NCBI RefSeq assembly: GCF_006345805.1
Contig: NC_043000.1
Location: forward strand, 98,270,001 to 98,334,000
Origin: Octopus sinensis
Taxonomy: Eukaryota
DNA: 64,000 nucleotides
Direction: 5' to 3'
This document shows, piece by piece, positions 53,462-64,000 of the stretch (the first letter of the stretch is position 1; every line of letters starts with the position of its first letter). The position numbers and the translations under genes were made by a program. The notes below the pieces were generated by a model. That model searched no databases. It was not told the origin of the DNA and saw only the letters and a list, made by a program, of their open reading frames with translations.

Positions 53462-53615
53462 GCCAGGAAGTTGCAATCAGCCATGGCAAACGTGGGAAAT
53501 CCGAAGTAAATACAACTGTCAATGCTACAGCTATGTCTATACCTTCTGCAAGCATACTAAAGAAAGCTACCAACAAGAAGTATAACAAGAGTATAGCTGT
53601 TGCTGTACATACACC
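53462..53615 (-). CDS. Adhesion GPCR TM3-TM4 exon
   Basis: ttgtttatatttcag|GVCTATAILLLYFLLVAFFSMLAEGIDIAVALTVVFTSDFPRLPWLIATSW+C|gtaagt. Confidence 0.95.
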
Positions 53616-53992
53616 CTGAAATATAAAACAAGTATATTGTATACGAGGTGAGTGAGCCGGCAATACCCTGATACCAAGGTAGAACATATATATCTATAAA
53701 TAAGTATATTGATACAAACCCTCCCCACCACGCACATATTTCATATTCACACGTACACATACACACACATACACATATGCAAACACACAGGCAAAGTTTT
53801 TGAGCTGTAATGAGAGTCGACAATGTATTAATTGAAGTGTAATAGAAATGTATTTTTTGGAAGTGAAGTTCACACAGCTTTGACGAGAATTAAATCTACA
53901 ATAAAATTTTTTAAAAGAGTATTCACAAAGTTTCTTGCTGTGACTGGGTGTGTCTCGGCGAGTGATTGTAAGAAATATGCAGATTAAAAGCA

Positions 53993-54872
<880 letters not shown>

Positions 54873-54885
54873 TTGCAATTCTTAC

Positions 54886-55003
54886 CTTATCGGAAGTATT
54901 GTCAATGCCAAACAAAAATATCAGGTAGACACATGTCAATGACAGACAAAGGTTTATAAGCAGAACACTGCGAGATTTTGCTACATCGCGAGATGACACA
55001 TGT
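54886..55003 (-). CDS. Adhesion GPCR ICL1-TM2 exon
   Basis: gtttctcgttttgctag|A+HVSSRDVAKSRSVLLINLCLSLTCVYLIFLFGIDNTSDK|gtaaga; family motif NLC.SL....IFL.GID. Confidence 0.95.
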
Positions 55004-55182
55004 CTAGCAAAACGAGAAACAAAATAAAAATACAATTCCACCACTATTCAAGATTATTCACAGTTTCAAGAGAAAATGTAAGATTCTCATGAATCTTATA
55101 CATTTTCGTTTCGTAGCTTCCTTCCTTCCTTCCTTCCTTCCTTCCTTCTTTCTTTCACACACACACACACACACACACAGAC

Positions 55183-55241
<59 letters not shown>

Positions 55242-55242
<1 letters not shown>

Positions 55243-55431
55243 TTTGTGGATTTACAATGGTAGCTTTGGTTTCATGCGAGAATATCGCGACTATCTAGCG
55301 TTCCACTTACGACAAAATATGTTGATTACCCGTTTCCGTTTCGGATAAAGCTAGGTGAGGCTACTAACTTTTTTAAATGGTAATCTCACGTATGCAAATG
55401 AAACCAACGGTAGCATTGTAAATCCACAAAT
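55242..55431. mobile_element. MITE-like element with ~34-bp imperfect TIRs
   Basis: atttgtggatttacaatggtagctttggtttcat / atgaaaccaacggtagcattgtaaatccacaaat; no clear TSD. Confidence 0.5.
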
Positions 55432-55474
55432 GTACGTTGTATTTTTTACTAATACAAAGAAAAGTGCTCCTTAC

Positions 55475-55581
55475 TTCCAGCAGGTGATATAAACGATAAT
55501 AGTGAAGACGAGTGCTACGATAGAGATCCAACAGCCAATCGTTGTTATCAACTGGATTGCATGTGCCGTTTCGACATCAAT
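55475..55581 (-). CDS. Adhesion GPCR TM1 exon
   Basis: ttgtttaacaacag|IDVETAHAIQLITTIGCWISIVALVFTIIVYITCW+AA|gtaagg. Confidence 0.92.
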
Positions 55582-57057
55582 CTGTTGTTAAACAATAAAG
55601 AAATATAAATATAAATGTGAATGGTGTTGACATTTGTAACATGTTGTGCCTTCCATACATTTCCTCACCGTAAACATCGCAATTCTGACATAATCAAGTA
55701 TTTAGGAATTATGCAATGACAATATATTAGATAATTTAGAACACTAGTAATAGTTATTATAGTGGTAGTAGCTCTTTTAGGATTGGTAGTAATTTTCCCT
55801 TTGCAATGAAGGGCTATATCTGAAACATGAGATTCTTCCTCCTGAAATACTGACTTAGCTGACTATGTGAACATTTTATTTTTATTATTTGTCAACACAA
55901 ACTGATCAGTAGTTTAATGGGATTCTGCTGTTTCACTAGTAGGTTATCTTTTGAAGCTTGCTTCCGAAAATCATGATTCTGGGTTCAGTTCTTCTGCGTG
56001 GCACCTTGGGTATGTGTCTTCTACTATAGTCTCGGTCCGAACAAAGCCGTGAGTGGATTTGATGGACGGAAACTGAAAGAAGCACTAGGTGTGTGTGTCT
56101 TTGTGTCTGTGTTTGTCCTTCACCGCCGCTTGATTATCGGTGTTGGTGTTCACGCCACCGTAACTTAGCGATTTGAGACCGATGGAATAAGTACCAAGCA
56201 TTAAAAAAACAAAACAAACAAAACCTAGTCGATTCATTCAATCAAAAATTCTTCAAGGTTGTCCCCCAGTATGGCCGCAGTATAATGACTGAAAGAAGTA
56301 ATCGATAAAAGGAAGGTCTGTTTGTTTCGCCGATGAGTATTCAGCCGTTGAATTAACTTTGCAACCTACTCAGTGAATTAGCATAAAAGTGACAGAGTAT
56401 CCCACAGACAAATGTACTCTTAACCCTTTGCCTGTCTAAAGTATTTTTATGTTTGTCTTAAAGGTCCGTGGTTATTTTCATTTCAGTTAGTACTTGGTTC
56501 ATACGTTCTAAGTAAGATAAGATTTCCTTCCTTCGACCCAAGTTACTCTGGTGGCTGAAAAAATTTTGAATGTGTAACATGTATGATGCATGAATGCCAG
56601 GAAAAATATATCCTGTGCGTTACATGTGATACACAGGACAGGCAACGGATTAATGTAATTTTCAGGTGGAACCTGAGTGACACAGTGTGACAAAGTAAGA
56701 CCTTTAAATTACACGTACAATTAATCCGTCCACCCAACTTCACTCATGTGGCTTATGTCGACACAAAGCTGTGATCAAAGACACTTGCTTAAGATGTGAG
56801 GCATTAAGAATGCATCTGGTACCTCTTTGATTACGATTCAAATTTCTTAATCATCTGGTTTCGCTGCGTTAATGTGTAAGAAATTACAATATTTCTTTCT
56901 GCTTCAGGTACATGGCCTAACATTTTGTGGGAGGGAAGTAGTCGATTGCATCGACCCCATTGCTGAACTGGTACTTATTTTATCGACCCCGAGAGGATGA
57001 AAAATAATGTTGACCTCTTGGGAAAGTACAATATTAAAAACAAGCTTTTAAACTTAC

Positions 57058-57175
57058 CCACGGATTCATCAGAATGGCAAAATTTGTAAGATGAGTGCAG
57101 GCACATATCGTAAGCGTGGAGTTCGTTGAATTCAAGCTACACCCTTCTCTGGACCAGCCTCCTCCAGTTGTGTTT
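57058..57175 (-). CDS. Adhesion GPCR GPS/GAIN C-terminal exon (upstream exons not found in the window)
   Basis: cttatattattag|A+[39 protein letters not shown]|gtaagt; W...GC, C.C.HL/T and TNFAILM motifs. Confidence 0.97.
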
Positions 57176-57739
57176 CTAATAATATAAGATTTCCAATTGA
57201 TAAAAATATCATTGATAATATCGTAAGGGTAGCGGAGAATTATTTGAATACCTAAATACTTATTGACCTTAAATTATACCAGAATCATTTCGTGGTGCTT
57301 TTCACTTTTGTAATACGTATTAGTTTACTGCTAATGAAGCCAGTAATATTAATTTGAAATTTTGGTTCAAGACTGGCAGTTTCGGGGGAGGAGGTAAATT
57401 GATTACATCGATCTCAGTGTTCAACAGGTACATATTTTATCGACTCCAAAAGGATGAAAGGCAAAGTCAACTTCGGTGGAATTTGAACTCAGAACACGAA
57501 GACAGACGAAGTGCTGCTCCGTATTTTATCTGGCGTGCTAGCGATTTTGCCAGCCCACTGCCGTAATGAAACCAGTAATATTGGCAAACTGCTATGTTAA
57601 TCATTAATATTCCCTTGCTTTCATATGGCTACTTTTAATTTATAATTAATTAATGATAAACTAATAATAAACTAATAATGGATTTCTACAATTTGTACAC
57701 GGTCACAAATTTTAGTGGAGGGTATAGTTTGTTTCTTTT

Positions 57740-58914
57740 GGACTTGTCTTTTCGGTCAATTTCTTAATTTTTGGGGTTAATTGTATGATCTTGCTCTGAA
57801 CCTAGTGTTTTGTACTTTTCTTTGTTGTGTGAAGTTTGTGTGCTTTGTGTGTTCATGTATGTGGAGGGGCTGTCCTGGTATAATATCTAACTTTTCAGTA
57901 ATGTAGAATTCACATTTCGTGCCCCGATCTCTGTAGTTTTTGGCTTTAGCAATAATTTTCCACACTATCTGGGAGTTGCTTATCCCACCTTCTTTCAGTG
58001 TCCATATTATATTTGATAGGAATGTCAAATAGGAATGCTTTTTGTTTTTATCTCTGAACGACGCAAGGTGTTGCGTATACCTTTCCTTGAACGATGTTTC
58101 CTGTCATTCCGATATACGTTTTTGGTATTCCGTTGGGATCCGTGACCTTGGCCTTGTATACGGGTTCTTTCTCGGGACAGTTGTTGTTTAGAGTGCAGCG
58201 GTTTGGGGATTTGAAGTTGCACAGTTTGTCTGGGATGTTTTTGATGTGTGTATTTTTATTTTGATTAAGTATCATTGACCCTGTATTGGGGAGGCAACTA
58301 TAGCTAACTTTAACAACGCTTCTGTTGAAGATTCTGTGGTATTTGTGTGTATGTGAGAAGTGGTTGTCTACTAGTTTTAAGAATTTCCTAGCTATGTTAC
58401 TAGCTACATTCATGCTATAAGGCAGATTGAACGATAGTATCTTTCTCTGCGCCTTCTTGACTATTCGTGCTTGGTTCAATGTAATGTACGCTATTCTTGA
58501 AACGACCTTTCTAATGCAGCATTATAATATAGGGCGGCTTTTAAAAAAATGTCTTTGTCGACGGATAAATCTGAGACCCGCCTGCTAATGTTGTTAATTA
58601 TTTGTTTAATTACTGCTGGTGGGCGGTTGGAACCTGTGTCTATGTACGAAGCTTTTCTTTGTGGTAGGGTTTAAATCTTCCTGAGTTCAGATTCATGTCA
58701 ATGTCTAGGAAGTTGACTTCTTTATGTTTTGTACTAATTGTAGTTCTTAGGCCTAGTTGGTAAAATATTTTGCATAATTTTTTCCTTATTCTATCCATAT
58801 AATGTCCGCTTTTATTGTGTACTACTCCCTGGCCATCGTCCCTCTATAAGCCTATGCTAGCTTCTTTTATTTCCTTTTTTTAAGGACAACTAGTATATAA
58901 AGGTCTACGAGGTC
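57740..58914 (-). mobile_element. 5'-truncated Penelope-like element (RT C-terminus plus GIY-YIG)
   Basis: DLVDLYIL, GLYRDDG, EVNFLDI, NIARKFLKLVDNHF..RIFNRSVVKVSYSCLPN, VYKAKV..TYIGMT; frameshifted. Confidence 0.9.
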
Positions 58915-59432
58915 ACTTTAAAAGTCCCTCCTAGCGTGCGGCATTTATGTGTAATAATGCCCTCTATATAATATAAATAAATATTTTCAAGTGAAAAAAT
59001 TTATAGATTTTTTCTCTTATGAGGTTTTTCACGCTAACTACTTGATAATTTCTTATTAAGATTTTATCCTATTTTTAAAATTTGTTCCGAAGAAGCACGT
59101 TGTTACCGAAATGCAATTCGAAAAAGCCCGCCATTTACATAGATGTATGAGGGGGGAACAGTTCCATATGCTTCGATGGATGCGACGGTTGTCAATCTGG
59201 TATGCTGATTTTGTTTATTCATGATATATCTTGAATTCGCTTCACTGACGAGCAAGGGACGCGGATACTGCGTTGACGCGAAATCACAGGTGATTTGGAG
59301 CTAAATTCTGTTTTTAAATGACTCGCTTCGAGAATTGCATTTGATACGATTTGTTTATATTTGGTAGTAATGACTTTAAAAGTCCCTCCTAGCGTGCGGC
59401 ATTTATGTGTAATAATGCCCTCTATATAATAT
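58915..59432 (+). repeat. 60-bp perfect direct repeats (58915-58974, 59373-59432) bounding a hammerhead-bearing ~400-bp module
   Basis: actttaaaagtccctcctagcgtgcggcatttatgtgtaataatgccctctatataatat occurs twice, 458 bp apart. Confidence 0.85.
59239..59301 (+). ncRNA. Type I hammerhead ribozyme, canonical core
   Basis: gcttca CTGACGA gc..gacgcg-gatac-tgcgtt..gc GAAA tcac-ag-gtga TT tggagc. Confidence 0.8.
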
Positions 59433-59473
59433 ACACATATACGTATATATATATGTGTATATATATGTATATA

Positions 59474-59538
<65 letters not shown>

Positions 59539-59682
59539 ATTATTAATAGTAGGGAATATAAAATTCCAAGGCAATAGGGGAAAACAAACTCAATTTAGTA
59601 ATACTAATTTAAGTTTCACGATATATGATATATATATATGAATAAAAAATGGAGTTAACGCAGGTGTAAACAAGTATTTTTA

Positions 59683-59754
59683 CTTTCGACACATGTTTCG
59701 AAAATTCCACTGATACTATTCAAAAGAATAAATGCAATCTTCTCTTCGGGAAAA
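59683..59754 (-). ncRNA. Type I hammerhead ribozyme (C4 variant)
   Basis: ttttc CCGAAGA gaaga..ttttc GAAA catgtg TC gaaag; GUC cleavage triplet. Confidence 0.7.
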
Positions 59755-59851
59755 TGAAAAAAACGAAACTCGTCAATACGACATTTTAGCAAAAAATGAT
59801 GGATTTGTATAGCGATAGACAGAACGCTATTAATAATGTTTAATATATATG

Positions 59852-59904
<53 letters not shown>

Positions 59905-59932
59905 GTATATATATGTATGTATATATATATAT

Positions 59933-59983
<51 letters not shown>

Positions 59984-60133
59984 TATATATGAATATATAT
60001 ATAGAATTAAGAGACAGAACCTCCATCAAAGTAATTCAATTAATAGTGGAAGATATCTATAATAAAATATAATTTTAAATATATTATTAATATTGTACTA
60101 AAAATTACTATGCTAAATAACACACATTAAGAC

Positions 60134-60240
60134 GACGACGCGCGTTTCGTAACGATATATTCAAATCGACAATATCAAAATCGATAATCTCAAAAATTAA
60201 TATTAATTCAATCCAGCGATATATAGCCACTTTTCGGGTC
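60134..60240 (-). ncRNA. Decayed type I hammerhead (C4 and A8 changes)
   Basis: gac CCGAAAA gtggc..gttac GAAA cgcgcg TC gtc; C3/A8 mismatch is probably inactivating. Confidence 0.5.
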
Positions 60241-60328
60241 TGAATAACATAAAATAAATTTACAACATAAATGAAAACATTATAATTAAACTATACATTT
60301 AGAAATAATCAATAGAATTTAACAATTT

Positions 60329-60635
60329 AGGCGCAGGATTAGCTGTGTGGTAAGTAGCTTGCTTACGAACCACATGGTTACAGGTTCAGTCACACTGCGT
60401 GGCACCTTGGGCATATGTCTTCTACTATAGCCTCAGGTCAACCTAAGCTTTGTGAGTGGATTTGGTAGACGGAAACTGAAAGAAGCCTGCCATATATATG
60501 TATATATATATATGTATGTATATGTTTGCGTGTCAGTGTTTGTCCTCCCAACATCGCTTGACAACCGATGGTGGTGTGTTTATGTCCCCGTAACTTAGAA
60601 GTTCGGGAAAAGAGACCGATATAATAAGTACTAGA
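60329..60635 (+). mobile_element. Family B tRNA-derived SINE, near complete (other copies about 15670-16030, 41830-42000, 43480-43830, 44270-44400, 55960-56300, 61580-61780)
   Basis: aggcgcagga..gtgtggtaagtagcttgct..ggttcagtc..ggcaccttggg..tcttctactatagcctc..gacggaaactgaaagaagcc..cgtaacttag. Confidence 0.85.
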
Positions 60636-61083
60636 CGGTGATCATCAATCATCAATAAGATAAATCATGCTTCTACTTTTCTATAATACTGACCAGCAAG
60701 GGGAAGCGGTTGACCTCCCCTGTTCGAAGGTTATAATGGACACAGATTCGCGTGTCATATAGCTAGCTAGAGGCGATGGCCTCTTGGAGCTAATCAACGG
60801 CAGCTTTCCTCCTATATTTATGGACTACCATACTAGCTTGGCGATAACTGTTAATATATATATATATATATATATATAAATATAATTAATATAGGATAAA
60901 ATATTTTTCGGGAAAATTTTTTTATCAATGGCCAGCATATCAAAAAATGCCTTTAAAGGTAAAATTTATACATAATTTACAAGATAAGGGCAGAAGAAAA
61001 ATTCTAATGCCAAATATGCCGAAACAAAAAATTGTCGATAACCATTAATAATTTATGCGTCTCGAAATCTCTAAAAAATTCGT

Positions 61084-61149
61084 TATTACCGTATTGGTCC
61101 AATTTCGGGGTTAATTAATAAGAAATTTTCCCCTCTTCAGCGGCAAATA
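61084..61149 (-). ncRNA. Type I hammerhead ribozyme, intact (left arm)
   Basis: tatttgccg CTGAAGA gggg..cccc GAAA ttgg-a-ccaa TA cggtaata. Confidence 0.8.
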
Positions 61150-61290
61150 CGCGAGATATAAATGAAATACTCTTACCCACGGAAAAAGCAAGCACTAAGT
61201 CCCGAGCAGACTTGGAATACTTAAGTCTGCTCGTGACTTAGCGCTTGCTTTTTCCGTGGGTAAGAGTAAGTATTTCATTTATATCTCGCG

Positions 61291-61356
61291 TATTTGCCGC
61301 TGAAGAGGAGAAAATTTTTTATGAATTAACCCCGAAATTGGACCAATACGGTAATA
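61291..61356 (+). ncRNA. Type I hammerhead ribozyme, right-arm copy with one stem II mismatch
   Basis: tatttgccg CTGAAGA ggag..cccc GAAA ttgg-a-ccaa TA cggtaata. Confidence 0.7.
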
Positions 61357-61468
61357 ACGAACTTTTTTTAGAGATTTCTATCGGTTTATTTCGAGACGCA
61401 TAAATTATTAATGGTTATCGACAATTTTTTGTTTCGGCATATTTGGCATTAGAATGTATATATAATAT

Positions 61469-61515
<47 letters not shown>

Positions 61516-63223
61516 TATATATATTATATATATATATACATATATATGCGAATGTGTGCTTGTGTATGTGTGCGTGTGTTTGTATCCGTTTGCCCCCATT
61601 ACCGCTTGACACCTGGTGTTTGTGTGCTTAAGTCCCCCTAAACTAGCAGTTCGGCACAAGAGTCTGATACAGTCAGTACCAGATTTAAGAAAAAAGTACT
61701 CGGGCGGATTAGTTTGACTAAAATTTTTCAAGGCAGTGCCCCAGCAAGGCGACAGTTTAATGACTAAAACAAGTTAAAGGTAAAAGACACACACAGACAC
61801 ATATCCATATCTGTGTTTCTGTTTATCAGCGTAAGCCGGTATTGAGTTGCGTCCCTTCATGTCAAACGTTTCTTAACCAATTAACGATTGTAGATTGTTA
61901 AAATAATAGACATTGATAAAATATGTACCAGCCAGACTGCAACAAGTAATAAGGTCAATATGTCAACTAGGAAAAGAAATATGAAGGAATTTCTTGATGG
62001 TCGTGCTCCAGCATGGCTCAGTCTACTGACTGAAATTAGTATAGAAGTGTGTGTGCGTGTGTGTACATAGTATAAACGAACACATATGTAAAATAAAATA
62101 AAAACAACAAAAACATGTTTGATTCTCCTCTTATTTTTCGAATGCTACTTATACATAATTTACTTTAGTTAATATCTGAACCTGTTCTGGCTTGAAACAA
62201 TCTACTTGAACATTTTATTGATGGATGGCAGACAACCAAACATTAGATATAATACCAAATGAAATACGAGCCAACGAGCCAACGAGCCAACTGGAAAACC
62301 ACTTTTAAATGGCTGCTTGATCTGCTAAGAGAAACAGCTAAATCTTCCGTAAATTACATCCTAACGTCTTAAAAACAAAGCAGTAAGAAAAAAAAGAAAA
62401 CAAAAATCTAAGTAACCAAAAACAAAATCGAAAGATATATTGTATAGGGCATTCCTAAATACACTACATCTTAATAAAATACAGGATGGTTACGGTGGGA
62501 CCGCTAGAAGGAATGAAAGACAACACAGAACAAAAGTTTGGACTTAGAACGAAATGAGATGAAAATAAAATTAAGTGGCTGTAGATTGGTAGAGTCGGTA
62601 TAGAAGCGGAGAAAAGTTTTATATCTCTATGTGTCTACTTTCTGAATTCAAATCCCACCGAAATCAATTTCACCTTTTATATCTGAAGGGTCGATAACAA
62701 GTATTTTATTATCTTAAAAATAGGAAGGACATGTTGGATAAAGTAGTTCTCGGTGCACTATGTCTGAAAACAATGTGGGTTGGTTACAATGGATTTTCTA
62801 CTACGTTACCCGAACTGTTAGAGATATTAGCGATAATCTCTCTTAAGCTAAATAAAATGGTGAAAGACATATTGCGTTTAGTCCTAGCTCGATATATTAA
62901 AGTCTTAGATATATTTAAAAAATACGATTAGGCTGGTTTGAATGCCTCTGGTTAAAGAGACTACAGGGGATTGAACTGTAATAATTAAATGAAATATAAT
63001 TTCAAATAAGTAAATGAAATATGTGAACGAATCTGAATGATGTTTAATTTTTTTTTTTTAGTTTCGAGTTCAAAACTTAAGGATGTTATCTGGCATTTCA
63101 GTATTGATTTCTAACATTAGATATGGTTCACTAATTTTGTGAATTGCAACAGAGATAGTTCACGAAAGAAATGAAAGGCAAAGTAGAATGCGATAAAATT
63201 TGAACGAAATAAGATGCAAATGG

Positions 63224-63345
63224 CATGCGTTTATGGAAAAAGCCGAAGCAAAAAATATAAGTACATTTAAGTTTTATTTTTAGATATAACTGAGGTACTT
63301 AAATGTACTTATGTTTTTTGCTTCGGCTTTTTCCATAAACGCATG
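63224..63345. repeat. 122-bp hairpin (49-bp arms, 1 mismatch, 24-nt loop) next to a hammerhead
   Basis: catgcgtttatggaaaaagccgaagcaaaaaatataagtacatttaagt and its reverse complement. Confidence 0.9.
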
Positions 63346-63370
63346 TATCTTACATATATTCTCTCGTAAG

Positions 63371-63430
63371 CTCTACCGATGAAGAATGAATCCTTTATGA
63401 GATTAATTCCGAAATTGATTCAATATAGAG
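63371..63430 (+). ncRNA. Type I hammerhead ribozyme (C4 variant, 10.1 mismatch)
   Basis: ctcta CCGATGA agaa..ttcc GAAA ttga-t-tcaa TA tagag. Confidence 0.65.
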
Positions 63431-63723
63431 ATAACGAAATTTAAATATTCTAACGGTTAGTTGCCCGACTTCAGTTCAATTTTCCTGTAGCAAGTGGATT
63501 ATATGTGGAAAATCAGTATATTGGCTTTGGAATAATCTTCTTTAGCCCTTGCTTATAAGATGTTTATAATTTTAACCGTAAAGGTATTTTTTAATATGCT
63601 GCCACACTTCTTGATGGAATTCTTTTCTGTAGAGAAAAAAACTTCATCCTATATTATTAGTAGTATATATATATACATATATACGTATATATATATATAT
63701 TATATATATATATATATATATAA

Positions 63724-63773
<50 letters not shown>

Positions 63774-63822
63774 TAGGAAGAAATGGAGCTGAACGAAGAT
63801 TTAACAAAATTCCTTTTTATTA

Positions 63823-63906
63823 TTTTCTACATATGTTTCAAAGGCTGCAAAGTCCTTAATTCGGATTGAATAAGGAGTCCATTTTGCAGCCCTCTCTTCA
63901 GGAAAA
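63823..63906 (-). ncRNA. Type I hammerhead ribozyme, canonical core, long stem II
   Basis: ttttc CTGAAGA gagggctgcaaa..tttgcagccttt GAAA catatg TA gaaaa; 12-bp stem II; GUA triplet. Confidence 0.85.
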
Positions 63907-64000
63907 TCCAGGAACTTAATTCTCCAACAAAATGCACAGCAAGCTTTTCGACAAACGCTCACGAGGAGCCCATGGAAAGCCTTTGAAACATATGTAGAAA

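Larger units (their letters stand above)
61001..61455. repeat. 455-bp two-tier palindrome with a hammerhead in each arm
   Basis: Arms 61001-61213 / 61223-61455; outer ~70 bp identical, inner ~145 bp with ~7 differences, 14-nt indel at the tier junction; right end abuts (TA)n. Confidence 0.92.

Noticed and set aside
52957-53619. 220-aa plus-strand ORF
   Set aside because: Made of an antisense SINE head, intron DNA and the antisense of the TM3 exon; no recognisable domain
57060-57075. CTGATGA boxes in the GPS exon, in RTE coding sequence (about 1305 and 2968) and at about 8572, 10392 and 11440
   Set aside because: No paired stem II-GAAA-stem III-UH follows; coding or chance matches

Overview
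AT-rich, microsatellite-dense animal DNA; the repeat content and gene style point to an octopus (coleoid cephalopod), inferred from sequence alone. Two convergent genes are present. (1) The last two coding exons of CSDE1/Unr on + (752-915, 4785-4935). (2) Twelve phase-compatible exons of an adhesion GPCR on - (GPS motif at 57058-57175, all of the 7TM domain, C-tail ending at 29604); most were not in the ORF track and were assembled by hand from splice signals. The rest is decayed TEs: RTE, Tx1/L1, R4/Dong, Penelope, mariner, piggyBac and hAT MITEs, and tRNA-derived SINEs. The most unusual signal is a set of about 8 near-intact and several decayed minimal type I hammerhead ribozymes with palindromic stem III. 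They cluster at 59-64 kb, several lie sense to the GPCR pre-mRNA, and several share a recurrent U4C core variant. They are associated with long palindromes; three of these share a two-tier build of an older diverged ribozyme-bearing core plus a near-perfect outer inverted extension ending at (TA)n. Also seen: an apparently identical 1007-bp tandem duplication carrying a CTCF-like motif, a mariner micro-inversion, and several pre-miRNA-like hairpins. All alignments and folds were done by eye; TE boundaries are approximate.
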